Source: Utricularia gibba (Eukaryota; Plantae; Magnoliophyta). Taken from it: a DNA stretch of 64,000 bases. Below, piece after piece: positions 51,263 to 63,509 of the stretch. Position 1 is the first letter of the stretch. Every line of letters begins with the position of its first letter. The stretch covers positions 2,914,001 through 2,978,000 of the forward strand of contig NEEC01000004.1 in NCBI GenBank assembly GCA_002189035.1. Reading direction: 5' to 3'. The notes under the pieces are model-generated. The model did no database searches. It saw only the letters and a list, made by a program, of their open reading frames with translations, and was not told where the DNA came from. Made by a program: the position numbers and the translations under genes.

Positions 51263-53219
51263 TCAGATAAAATGCTTGGGGCATGGACATATTGCTTCTG
51301 AAGGTCCAAATAAACGAGCAATGGTGAGAAGAGGTAATGGAAAAGTGGTTAGTGAAGATGAGGATGATTTGGTGGAGACAGAAGCTGAATTGAGTGATGA
51401 GGATGAATTGCCTAGTTCAGGAAAAGTCTTAGTCACTCGAAGGACACTTAACATTGGAGTGAAGGATAATGATGAGCAAAGGGAAAACTTGTTTCAAACA
51501 CGATGCTTTGTTAATGGGAAAGTTTGCAGCTTGATTATTGATGCAGGTAGTTGCACTAATGTTGCCAGCAACATCTTGGTGGAGAAATTGGGACTACCAA
51601 CCGTGAGGCATTGTAAGCCTTACAATTTGCAGTGGTTCAATGAAGGAAGTGAGGTAAAGATTGCCAAACAAATGTTTGTGACAGTTTCCATAGGGAGATA
51701 TGAAGATGAAGTCCTATGTGATGTTGTACCTATGCGTGCAAGTCATATTACTTTTGGGAGGCTTTGGGATTATGATAGAAGAGCATTTCATGATGGTTTC
51801 AAGAACAAGTATTCCTTCAATCATAATGGATGCTCCATCACACTTGCTCCATTATCTCAAAAGGAAGCACATGAAGATCAAGTTAGAATCTTGAGTGATG
51901 CTAGAGCCCTGCATAGTGCTAATGGAAAGCACAAGGAGGGTATCTAAGGGAGAAGAGATGGGTGGATTGAAAATGAGTGAAAAAAAGATGCGAAAAAACG
52001 GACAGAAAAGAAGAGATGGGAGGGAATCGAGTGGAAAAAAAGGATGAAAATGAGTGCAAAACAGAAAGTGGAAACATGAGAGTTTTAGAAATTGAGAGAA
52101 AGAATGAGAGTCTCTTAGCAAGGCCAAGTGAGATTTGACACTTAATTCATGCTAGGCAACAATTCCTTATACTCATATATAAGGATAAAGTTCCTACTTC
52201 TCCTAACCATGCTTCATCCATTCCATATTGTGTTGTAACTCTCTTACAGGTATATTAGGATGCTTTTCCAGAAGAACTTCAAGGCTTACCTCCCCTTAGA
52301 CGGATTGAGCATCAAATTGATCTTGTTCCTGGAGCACAACTCCCAAACCGACCAGCATACCGAGCCAATCCAGAGGAGACGAAGGAAATACAAAAGTAAG
52401 TTGAGGAATTGATGTCGAATGGATTTGTGCGTGAGAGCATGAGCCCTTGCTCTTTGCCGGTGTTATTGGTTCCAAAGTTTGATGGAACTTGGCGGATGTG
52501 CACTGATTTTCGTGCCATCAACAACATCACAATCAAGTATAGACATCCTATCCGTAGGCTTGAAGATAAGCTTGATGAATTGCATGGTGCTTGTGTTTTT
52601 AGTAGGATTGATTTGAGAAGTGGATATCATCAGATTAGAATAAAGGAAGGTGATGAGTGGAAAACCGCTTTTAAAACTAACTTTGATTTGTATGAGTGGG
52701 TTGTTATGCCTTTTGGATTAACAATGCTCCTAGCACCTTTATGAGATTGATGAATCACGTTCTTAGGCCTTTTATAGGTAGATTTGTAGTTTTTTATTTT
52801 GATGATATTCCGATCTATAGCAAGAGTCTTGAGGAATATATAGGGCATTTGAAAGGATGTGTTAGATACTCTTCGAAAAGAGAAGTTGTTTGCTAACATC
52901 AAGGAGTAGTTGTGGATGAGGAGAAAGTTAGAGCAATTAGGGAATGGCCAACACCTACATCAGTTGGTGAAGTTAGGAGTTTTCATGGGTTAGCCAGTTT
53001 CTATAAACGGTTTGTTAAGGATTTCAGCTCTATAGCAACAACCCTCACACAATTGATCAAGAAAAATCATCCATTTCATTGGGGAGACGAGCAGGAACAT
53101 GCCTTCAAACAACTCAATGATAGGTTTTGCTCAACACCTCTCCTAGCACTTCGAAATTTTTCTGATACTATTGAAATTGAATGAGATGCATCAGGTTTAG
53201 CCATTGGTGCTGTATTGAA

Positions 53220-55604
53220 TGGCTATGATCGCATCTGGTAGAGGACCTCCAATATTTGATGGTTCAGTGTATGGAAGCTGGGTCAAAAGGATGCGCAGCT
53301 ACTTGCGGGTCTGAAAGATTTGGGATGTTGTCGAAAGGGAGATTCCGGCGATTACAATAACAAGTAAATCCACATCAGAACAGCAACAGGAAGCTGAATT
53401 TCTTCAACAGAGAAAAGATGAATCAATGGATGCCTTGTATCAAGCCATCTCTGAACATCTATTTGATGATATTGCAGGGTGTCAATCAGTAAAAGAAATA
53501 TGGGATACTCTCAAATCCCATTATGAAGGCGATGCCAAACTGAGAGAGATATTGATGAGCCCCAGGAAGATAATGAAGTGTATTCGAAGTCTGGTTGCAA
53601 GAGATTTATTCTCTTGAGGGTAGACTTGGGTGGGTTCTCTTCTAAGCTTCAAAATCACCTCTTTTTTGTGGGTTGCTAATCTCTATAGATTAGAGGGTCA
53701 CATCAGATATTATGCAAAAACAAGCTGGAAGACTTTGAGAGGAACAAAATGTTAGACAATGAAACCATACAAGTCTATTATGAACGTACTGCGAAGCTTG
53801 TGAAGGAGATTCGAGGATTGGGGGAAAAACTTGAGGATCCAAAGGTGATTAGCAAGGCAATCATGAGCCTACTTGCAAGATTCGAGCCAAAGTTATGTGC
53901 ACTTGAGACAGAAGAAAATCCTTGACATTATTGAAGGAAAGCTCCATCAGCTGTATCCTGAATATCCTGTTACACCAGACCCAACATTTAGAGAGTTCAT
54001 GATTGAGTTGCAATCTACAGAAAAGAGATTGGAGCTAAGAGATGGTTATGAAGTTGAGAAAACTTATGGTGAAGCTGCTCTCCTCACCAAAATGCAGAAT
54101 ATGAATATAAACTCAGGTGCAATTAACAATGTCAATGATGTCAAGTCAACAGCCATCAAGCAATCACCAGTGTCAATCCTAACATCAACGATGGGCAATC
54201 AGAAGTGCAGGCATTGTGACAAATCCAACCAAGAGTGAAGATTGTTGGACTTCAAGCACAAATGCCTTGTAACAAACAGAATCACAGGAGTGAGTTTTGT
54301 TGGTGGAAGCCTGATTCTTTGTGCACGAAATTCAATCAAAGAGGCCATCTTGACAATGTATGTGGAATGTCAAATCCAATAAAAGTTGAGCAAAACAAAA
54401 GGCTACTTCAAGGGAAGAGAAATCACATGCATACTTTACCTACCTTCAAGATGAGCCAGAAATATCTTTTGAAGATCCTTTTGAGTATGAGTGTGCTCTA
54501 ATGACAGTATCCTCAGATGCTAAAGGCTGGCACTTGGACTTTGGCGCCTCCTATGATGTATGTTGTGATACAAGGTCATTTCTAAAGCTTGAAAGGATTG
54601 GGAAGCAGGTAAGCACGTGCACTAGTAAAAATATTGGCATTGTGGGCAAAGGAAGCATTTTACTCTAACTAAAAGAAGGAATTGTTCAAGTTGATGATGT
54701 TTATTCATCACCAAACCTCAAACAGAACCTGTTGAGCTTTGACCAATTGAGCAGGCAAGGTTTTGACATTGAGCTGATGAAGGATGCTGGTGGTATAACC
54801 ACTAAAGTTAAGGTTGATGATTCAAAAACGAAGATTGAATTTCATGCTGTGTTGACCACCTACAACCTCTACCAAATCATGGTTAGTGATTATAAAAGTT
54901 GTATTTTCTCACTTCAGGATCAAAGCAACTTTGGCACAAACGTTTTGGGCACGATAGTTTCAACAATCTGAAAATATTGCAGAAGAATAAGGAAGTACTG
55001 GAATTGAAAGACACCAAGTTTGCTAATGCCATATGTGAAGTGTGCCATCAAGGTAAACAGTATAGAAAGCCCTTTTATTCCAGTGATTAAGTTGCAAAGT
55101 AGAAATTAGAGCTTATGCATACAGATGTTTGTGGACCATTTAAGGAATATTCATTAGAAGGGAGTAGATATTTTGTTACATTCATTGATTATTATTCACG
55201 TTATTGTTGGATTTACCTTCTTAAAAGCAAGTCAGAAGTTCCTCATATCTTTCGAAAATTCAAAGTGATGATTGAGAATCAGAGTGGATGCTCTTTGAAG
55301 ATGATTAGATCAGACAATGGAGGCGAATTCTACAATAATAGCATGAGAATGTTCTGTGAAAATGAGGGAATCATGCATCAATTCACCGTACCATATTCTC
55401 CACAACAGAATGGTATATGTGAAAGGAGAAACAGAACAATCCTTGATATGTCAAGATGCCTATTGTTTGAGAAAGGTCTTCCTGTAAGTTTCTGGGCTGA
55501 AGCGGTATCTACATCTGTATATCTATTGAACTTGCTTCCCTCAAGGGCGATTAGTGGAAAAACCGCCCATGAAAACTTGCATCTCTATTTTTCTTGCAAC
55601 AACA
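53220..55604 (+). mobile_element. copia-A copy 5: gag to mid-integrase plus the last 22 nt of an LTR; 5' LTR, RT and RH deleted
   Basis: Begins at the gag start region and ends CTCTATTTTTCTTGCAACAACA (55583-55604). About 200 bp of host CRM RNase H is missing at the site compared with copy b. Confidence 0.88.
53553..53705 (+). repeat. 153-bp internally deleted CRM solo LTR with TSD
   Basis: TGATGAGCC..GTCACATCA with TSD GATAT (53548-53552 / 53706-53710); 3 differences from the matching parts of the 31246-31831 LTR. Confidence 0.93.
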
Positions 55605-56186
55605 TTGCTAAGTGGGTGGAATTCATTGCCACATTCCATATGTGATCAAATACAAGAAAAATAAGGAGAACGTGGTAGCTGATGCTTTATCTAGAAGGTA
55701 TACTTTTTTAGCCAATCTTGATGCAAGAATTCTTGGATTTTGTAGCATTATTGACTTATATGCACATGATCACGATTTTAGTGACATTTATAAAACATGT
55801 GAACTTACTCCATCTGGACTATTCTTCAAGAAAGATAGATTGTGCATTCTTTGTTGTTTCATACGTGATTTGATTGTTGGAGAAGCTCATGATGGTGAAT
55901 TAATGGGACATTTTGGTGTTAAGAAGACTCTTGATACTCTCACGCAACATTTCTTTTGGCCACACATGAGAAGCGATGTTGAAAGAATTTGTGGAAGATG
56001 TATCTCTTGTAGGAAGGCTAAATCAAGCATTGCCCCTAATGGTTTGTATACTCCACTCCCTACTCCTTCCCAACCATGGGTGGATATTTCTATGGACAAT
56101 GTTTAAGGCTTACCTCATACCCAAAGGGGTAGAGATTCAATTTTTGTTGTTGTGGACAGATTTTCAAAGATGGCACAATTTATTCC

Positions 56187-59100
56187 TGTTGATGCAAGAA
56201 AAAGAGAGTCTTGGAAAGTAACAAAAAGGTAATACTTCTGACACAAGATTATGACACAAGATTTGTGCTTCCAATCACCTTCAAACTTTGGATTGAGGCT
56301 GATCTCCAAAACTCCCCCCCAGACCAAGATCTCCCAACTTGAGAAAGTCTTCTATAGTCATGAGATTCATGTTCTTCCTTGCTAGCTCAAACTGAACTCT
56401 GTTCAAACCTTTGGTGAGCCCATCAACAAGCTGATTCCCACTCTCAACATACTGCACTTTAATCTTCTTCTCCTTGATGTAATTCCTTATGACATGATAC
56501 CTGATTCTTATGTGCTTGGCTTTGCTGAAGTTCGTTGGATCTTTGGCAATGGAGATTGCAGCTCGATTATCCATAAGCAGATGTATAGCTTCCTTTTGTA
56601 TGAATCCAAGTTCGTTTAGCATCTGCCTCAACCAAACACAATAGTTCGAAGCATGTGCTGCTGAGATGTATTCTACTTCAGCTGTTGATTGTGCTACCAC
56701 TTTTTCTTTCGTCGAAAACTAGACTACAGGACTCTTATTTAAGAAGAAGAGTGCACCAGATGTGCTCTTGCTATCTTCATTCATACCATAATCACTCTCT
56801 AAGTAGACTCTAAGTTTCAAGACTGGTTTTTCACCTTCATAGGGATAGAACAATCCGAAATTAGTAGTAGATTTTATGTACCTGAAAGCTCTTTTCACAG
56901 TTGCCATGTGAGTTGTTGTTGGTTTGTTGAGGAAGCGAGATAAGACATTTACACAAAAACACAAGTCAGGCCTTGTATGCTGGAGATAAATGAGGCTTCC
57001 AATCATACTTCTATAAGTAGTGGCATCCACATTCTTTCCCTGATTGTTCTCTCCAATCACTTGTTTGTAATCCAAAGGCGTTTTTGAAGGATTGACATCT
57101 TTGAACCCAAACCTTTCAAGAAGTTCATTACAGTACTTTTTCTGAGATATGAATGTTCCAACATCTTCAAGTTGATGAATTTCCATGCCTAGATAATAGG
57201 ACATCATTCCAAGGTAAGTCATCTTGAATTCATTTTTGAGTAGAGCTTTGAATTCCTCAATCTTCCTTTCATTACCTGAGGTAATCATAAGATCATCCGC
57301 ATATAAGCTAATAAATAAGCAATCATCTTCTTTTCCTTTAACATATAATGAGTAATCACTATATGTTTTTCTGAAACCAATACCCTGGAGAAAGTTATCC
57401 ATGCGTTCATTCCATGCTCTAGGAGCTTGCTTCAACCCATAGAGAGATTTCTTTAGCTTCAATACCTTGTCTTCGTGACCTGACACTTCGAAGCCCTTTG
57501 GTTGTTCAACAAAAACAACCTCCTCCAACACACCATTCAAGAACGCAGTCTTGACATCCATGTGATGCACTTTCCATCCATGAGCAGCTGAAATGGCAAG
57601 AAGTACTTTAATCGTGTCAAATCTTGCTACTGGTGCAAAAATCTCATGAAAATTTATTCCTTTGATCTGACTATATCCCTTGTCGACTAATCTAGCCTTA
57701 TATTTGTTGATAGAGCCATCTGCATTCATCTTGGTTTTGAATAACCACTTGAGGCCAATAGGTTTGAAACCCCTATCCTTGGGTTTCTCAACTAATTCTC
57801 ATGTTTCATTTTCAAGTATAGAATTCATTTCTTCTTTCATGGCCTCTCTCCATTTCGGATTTTGTACAGCCACTTCAAATGATGTTGGATCTCCTGTCAA
57901 TAATCCAGCCAAAATATCAGCTACAGCATCTTGGACATCATCATTCAACTTGGAGAAACTTATTGTAGGAGCCTTGTTTCTTTTGCTTCGTCTAATGTCA
58001 GTAACATGACTATTTTCATTATCTATTGAATCTCTGATGTTTTTGCGTTTCCTCCTTTGCCAATCACGATCAGATGGGTAATAATATGTTGATGAGTCTT
58101 CTACATTCGTGCCTTGCTCCTCTTCTGGGATTTCGAAATTCCCATCTGAAGGTTGATTATTGGCCTGATGAGATCGTCCATATAGGGGTTCAGAGTTTGA
58201 TTCTGAATTCTCATTGGATGAGCCATCTTGATTTGTGACCTTCTCCTCCTCTTGAGCTGGAAAATTCTCATCTGAATGCTGATCATTTACTTGATTTGAA
58301 TCTTCATGAACGAGTTCTGAAGTTTCTTGGTTTGTTGAATTGCTGGAAGAGAAGTTTTGAGGCATGTGTGTCCAGAGGTCTCCTTTCACATGGGTGCTAT
58401 GCCTTTCAAAACTTTTATGAGGTTCTGCATCATTCAGAGCAATGCAATCATCAATTAAAGTATACCTTGCACCTTCATCAAAAGTGACATCATGGCTGAG
58501 GATAAATTTCTTCTGTTGAGGTAGATAAACTTTATATCCCTTGGTAGTATTGCTATAACCAACAAATACACCAGATACAGATTTCTTTTCAAGTTTTCCT
58601 CGTTTTTGGTCTGGTATATGAGTAAAACACAGACTACCAAAGATTTTGAGATGATCAACCTTTTTAATATAACCATGCCATTTTTCATGGGCGGTTTTTC
58701 CACTAATCGCCCTTGAGGGAAGCAAGTTCAATAGATATACAGATGTAGATAACGCTTCAGCCCAGAAACTTACAGGAAGACCTTTCTCAAACAATAGGCA
58801 TCTTGACATATCAAGGATTGTTCTGTTTCTCCTTTCACATATACCATTCTGTTGCGGAGAATATGGTACGGTGAATTGATGCATGATTCCCTCATTTTCA
58901 CAGAACATTCTCATGCTATTATTGTAGAATTCGCCTCCATTGTCTGATCTAATCATCTTCAAAGAGCATCCACTCTGATTCTCAACCATCACTTTGAATT
59001 TTCGAAAGATATGAGGAACTTCTGACTTACTTTTAAGAAAGTAAACCCAACAATAACGTGAATAATCATCAATGAATGTAACAAAGTATCTACTCCCCCT

Positions 59101-61317
59101 AATGAACATTCCTTAAATGGTCCACAAACATCTGTATGCACAAGCTCTAATTTCTCCTTTGCTACTGAATCACTGAAATAAAAGGGCTTTCTATACTGTT
59201 TACCTTGATGGCACACTTCACATATGGCATTAGCAAACTTGGTGTCTTTCAATTCCATAACTTCCTTATTCTTCTGCAATATTTTCAGATTGCTGAAGCT
59301 ATAGTGCCCAAAACGTTTGTGCCAAAGACTGCTTTGATCTTGAAGTGAGAAAATACAACTTTTATGATCACTGACCATGATTTGGTAGAGGTTGTAGGTG
59401 GTCAACACAGCATGGAATTCAATCTTCGTTTTTGGATCAGCAACCTTAACTGTAGTGGTTATACCACCAGCATCTTTCATCAGCTCAATGTCAAAACCTT
59501 GCCTGCTCAATTGGCCAAAGCTCAACAGGTTCTGTTTGAGGTTTGGTGAATAATAAACATCATCAACTTGAACAATTCCTTCTTTTAGCAAGAGTAAAAT
59601 GCTTCCTTTGCCCACAATGCCAATATTTTCACCAATGCACGTGCTTACCTCCTTTCCAATCCTTTCAAGCTTGAGAAATGACCTTGTATCACAACATACA
59701 TGATAGGAGGTGCCAGAGTCCAAGTACCAGCCTTGAAAATCTGAGGCTACTGTCATTATAGCACACTCATACTCAAAAGGATTTTCAAAAGATATTTCTG
59801 GCTTATCTTCAAAGTAGGTAAAGGATGCATGTAATTTCTTTTCCCTGGAAGTAGCCTTCTTGTTATGCTCAACTTTTATTGGATTTGACATTCCACATAC
59901 CTTGTCAAGATGGCCTCTTTGATTGCATTTCGTGCACAAAGCATCAGGCTTCCACCAACAAAACTCACTCCTGTGATTCTGTTTGTTACAATGCTTGCAA
60001 GCATTTGTGCTTAAAGTCCAACAATCTTCACTCTTATGGTTGGATTTGTCACAATGCCTGCACTTCTGATTGCCCATCGTTGATGTGGGGATTGACGTTG
60101 GTGATTTTTTGATGGCTGTTGATTTGACATCCTTGACATTGTTAATTGCACCTGAGTTTATATTCATATTCTGCATTTTGGTGAGGAGAGCAGCTTCACC
60201 ATAAGTTTTCTCAACTTCATAACCATCTCTTAGCTCCAATCTCTTTTCTGTAGATTGCAACTCAATCATGAACTCTCTAAATGTTGGCTCTGAGTAACAA
60301 GATATAACTGATGGAGCTTTCCTTCAATAATGTCAAAGATTTTTCTTTCTGTCTCAAGTGCACATAACTTTGGCTCGAATCTTGCAGGTAGGCTCATGAT
60401 TGCCTTGCTAATCACCTTTTGATCCTCAAGTTTTTCCCCCAATCCTCGAATCTCCTTCACAAGCTTCGCAGTACGTTCATAATAGACTTGTATGGTTTCA
60501 TTGTCTAACATTTTGTTCCTCTCAAAGTCCTCCAGCTTGTTTTTGCATAATATTTCTCTCAGTTTGGCATCACCTTCATAATGGAATTTGAGAGTATCCC
60601 ATATTTCTTTCAATGATTGACACTCTTCAATATCATCAAACAGATGTTCAGAGATGGCTTGATACAAAGCATCCATTGTTTCATCTTTTCTCTGTTGAAG
60701 ATACTGAGCTTCCTCTTGCTGTTCTGGTGTAGATTTGCTTGTTACTGTAATAGCCGGAATCTCCCTTTCAACAACATCCCAAATCTTTCTGACTCGAAGG
60801 TAGCTACGCATCTTTTTGACCCAACTTCCATACTCAGAACCATCAAATATTGGAGGTCCTCTACCAGATGCCATCATAGCCACCGCTTGAAAAGCTTTGG
60901 GTTGATACTTTGTAATCCACCAAGTAAAAAACGCTGAACGGTAAATAAAATACTGAAACGAGCACAGGTTTGAGAACCTTACTGCTCTGATACCATGTTG
61001 ATGCAAGAAAAAGAGAGTTTTGGGAAGTAACAAAATGGTAATACTTCATAGATCACCTTGGATGAAAAACGACTCATGAACAATAAGAATGACCAAAACC
61101 CTCATTGACACGCATTCCTAGTAGGGTTTATATATACCCAATACCTAGGTTACCCAACAGTGGACCATAATTATTGAAAACACACAAAAAGCCCAACAAC
61201 TCGAATCCAACACTTCCATGCTCGAACTCAACACCTTTTATCTGAAATATAACATTATGACGCAAGATTAGTGCTTCCAATCACCTTCAAACTTTGGATT
61301 GAGGCTGATCTCCAACA
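56187..61317 (-). mobile_element. copia-A copy 3 (5131 bp) with deleted 3' LTR centre
   Basis: TSD ATTCC (56182-56186 / 61318-61322). 5' LTR 60996-61317 (322 bp), iMet PBS 60984-60995, 3' LTR reduced to 125 bp (56187-56311). Frameshifts near 60290 and 59100. Confidence 0.96.
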
Positions 61318-62705
61318 ATTCCTTGTCATAAAACTGATGATGCATCTCATGTGGCTGATCTCTTCTTTAGGGAAGTTGTTAGAATTCATGGAATGCCCCT
61401 AACTCATGTCTCTGATCAAGATTCAAGGTTTCTCAATCACTTTTGGAGAGTTCTTTGGAGTAAACTTGGCACTAAGCTGTTATATTCAACAACATTGCAC
61501 CCTCAAACTGATGGGCAAACTAAGGTAACTAATCACACACTTTCTGCCTTACTTAGGATTATGATTAAATCAAATCTTAAGACTTGGGAGGAATGTTTCC
61601 CACTCGTTGAGTTTACTTACAATAGAACCATGCATCTCACTACTACATTATCTCCATTTAAAGTGGTTTATGGTTTTAATCCTGTTACACCTTTGGATTT
61701 GTTATGTTTGCCTTGTGATGAGAAAGTTAGTTTAGATAGCAAGAAAAGAGCTGAAGCAATCAGAAGATTGAATGAGAAGGTGAAACAACAGATTGAATGC
61801 AACAATGCAAAGTATGCATCAGCAGCAAACATTTCCCAGGTGAGACGTAAAGTTGTACTTGAACCTGGAGATTGGGTTTGGCTTTATCTTAGGAAGGAGA
61901 GATTTCCCACCAAGAGAAAGTCAAAACTTCTACCTCGTGGAGATAGCCCTTTCCAAGTTGTTGAGCGCGTGAATGATAATGCATACAAGCTAGATTTACC
62001 AGGTGAATATTCTGTTCATTCAAATTTCAATGTTGCTGATTTGTCTCTTTTCGACATGGATACAGATTCAGGGACGAATCTTCCTAAAGAAGCAGGGGAT
62101 GATGAGCCCCAAGAGTATAATGAAGTGTATTTGAAGGATGATAAGGAGTTTGTCCAAATGAACACATTAGAGACAAAGATCATTCCATCAGGACCAATGA
62201 CTAGGAGCAAGCGCAAGATACTTGAAGATACACTTAAGGCTCTCCTTAATACTAATGGAATCAAACATGGACTTGAAAACATCTCATCAAAAGAGCTCAA
62301 CTACTTGAAGGTGGATTTTTCTTAGATAATTGGGCTTGTTAGACTTTTCTATTTCATTAAGTTTGGGCCAAGTAATGTTAGAGCCCAATCCTAGAGTATA
62401 AATACTCTAGAGTTGTACTCTTTCAGGACCTTTTAGTCATTTTCATGCATGTTGTGAGGATTCTCCTCTTCTTTGAGTGCTTGAACACTCTTAACTTATC
62501 AAGCTTTGAGCTTGTAGCATCCTAAGATTATCACTTCCAATCCCTCTCTCTTTTCTGAAGTGTGGTTCCTAATTTTCTTTGTTTCGAAGTCTGGTTGCAT
62601 GAGATTCATTCTCTTGAGGGTAGACTTGGGTAGGTTACTCTCTAAGCTTCAAAATCATCTCTTGTTCGTGGGTTGCTAATCTCAATAGATTAGAGGGTCA
62701 CATTA

Positions 62706-62898
62706 ATATAGCCATGGAATTTTTAACTTGAACATAAATGCATGAAGAATCTAACATTATGATCTCATCATAATTTCTATGGCACATAGATAAAGTATAG
62801 GATTTTATCAATGATCTAAATTTGATCATAATTCAAAGTAAATATCAAAGATAAGATTTGTCAAATAGTTGATTGTCTCTAGAACACATACACCAACA
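62706..62898 (-). repeat. Angela-type LTR 5' end (Y5), cut by the CRM-d 3' LTR
   Basis: ..GATTGTCTCTAGAACACATACACCAACA terminus as in Y1 and Y3. Confidence 0.8.
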
Positions 62899-63390
62899 GC
62901 ACACATAAAACCGTACTCCAAATCCACTACCCTTCCAATAGGTGATCCACCAAGGGAACTTTTAAACGTTTGCTCTGATACCACATTCTCAGGACCCATG
63001 CCGAGGGCCCAAGAAGCATGAGGCATGATTGCCATGTCCCATCCAACATTAGGACTCAAGGCGACTTAACCCATTTGTGGCAAGGACAAATGACATTAAG
63101 ATGGCTACATATACATATATTAACTCACAACCATTCAATCATGCAAAAGGAACTACGTCCAGCCTATTACACATATTCTTCACAATGTAGTTAAGGTTCC
63201 AAAGGCTATTCTTAACCTGCCACAACTTCTACAGCTAAACCCCCTACTTTTGTTGATCACCAGACCTTTAGACATTCACTTCTACACCTGGAACAAGTTA
63301 AAACATAGAGTGGTCATGCTATTGATGTTTGGTAAAAGGGAAACATGTATGAAATGAAAAAAGAGTGTTTGAGCATAAAATCTCAAAGTC
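62899..63390 (-). mobile_element. Family Z leader, iMet PBS (62972-62983) and LTR part
   Basis: GCTCTGATACCA followed by TCTCAGGACCCATGCCGAGGGCCCAAGAAGC; homologous to 32780-32903 in reverse. Confidence 0.65.
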
Positions 63391-63397
63391 AAGCAAA

Positions 63398-63509
63398 TAT
63401 CCAAGTAGAGTATTTTATCAATGATATAAATTTGATCACAATTCAAAATAAATATCAAAAGATAAGATTTGCAAATGAGTTGATTGTCTCTAGAACACAT
63501 ATACTAACA
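63398..63509 (-). repeat. Angela-type LTR 5' end (Y6) abutting copia-A RNase H
   Basis: ..TTGTCTCTAGAACACATATACTAACA|GTTGATTGTGC; the junction falls in the QSTAEAEY motif. Confidence 0.75.

Larger units (their letters stand above)
51265..62705 (+). mobile_element. CRM-clade copy d (gag knuckle, PR, RT, RH, IN, CR motif, 3' LTR 62100-62705) interrupted by copia-A copies 5 and 3
   Basis: [52 protein letters not shown] and EWPTPTSVGEVRSFHGLASFY. The frame FSKMAQFIP|CHKTDDASHVADLF rejoins across copy 3. The integrase ORF runs into the 3' LTR with GPMTRSKRK and stops at 62325. Confidence 0.92.
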
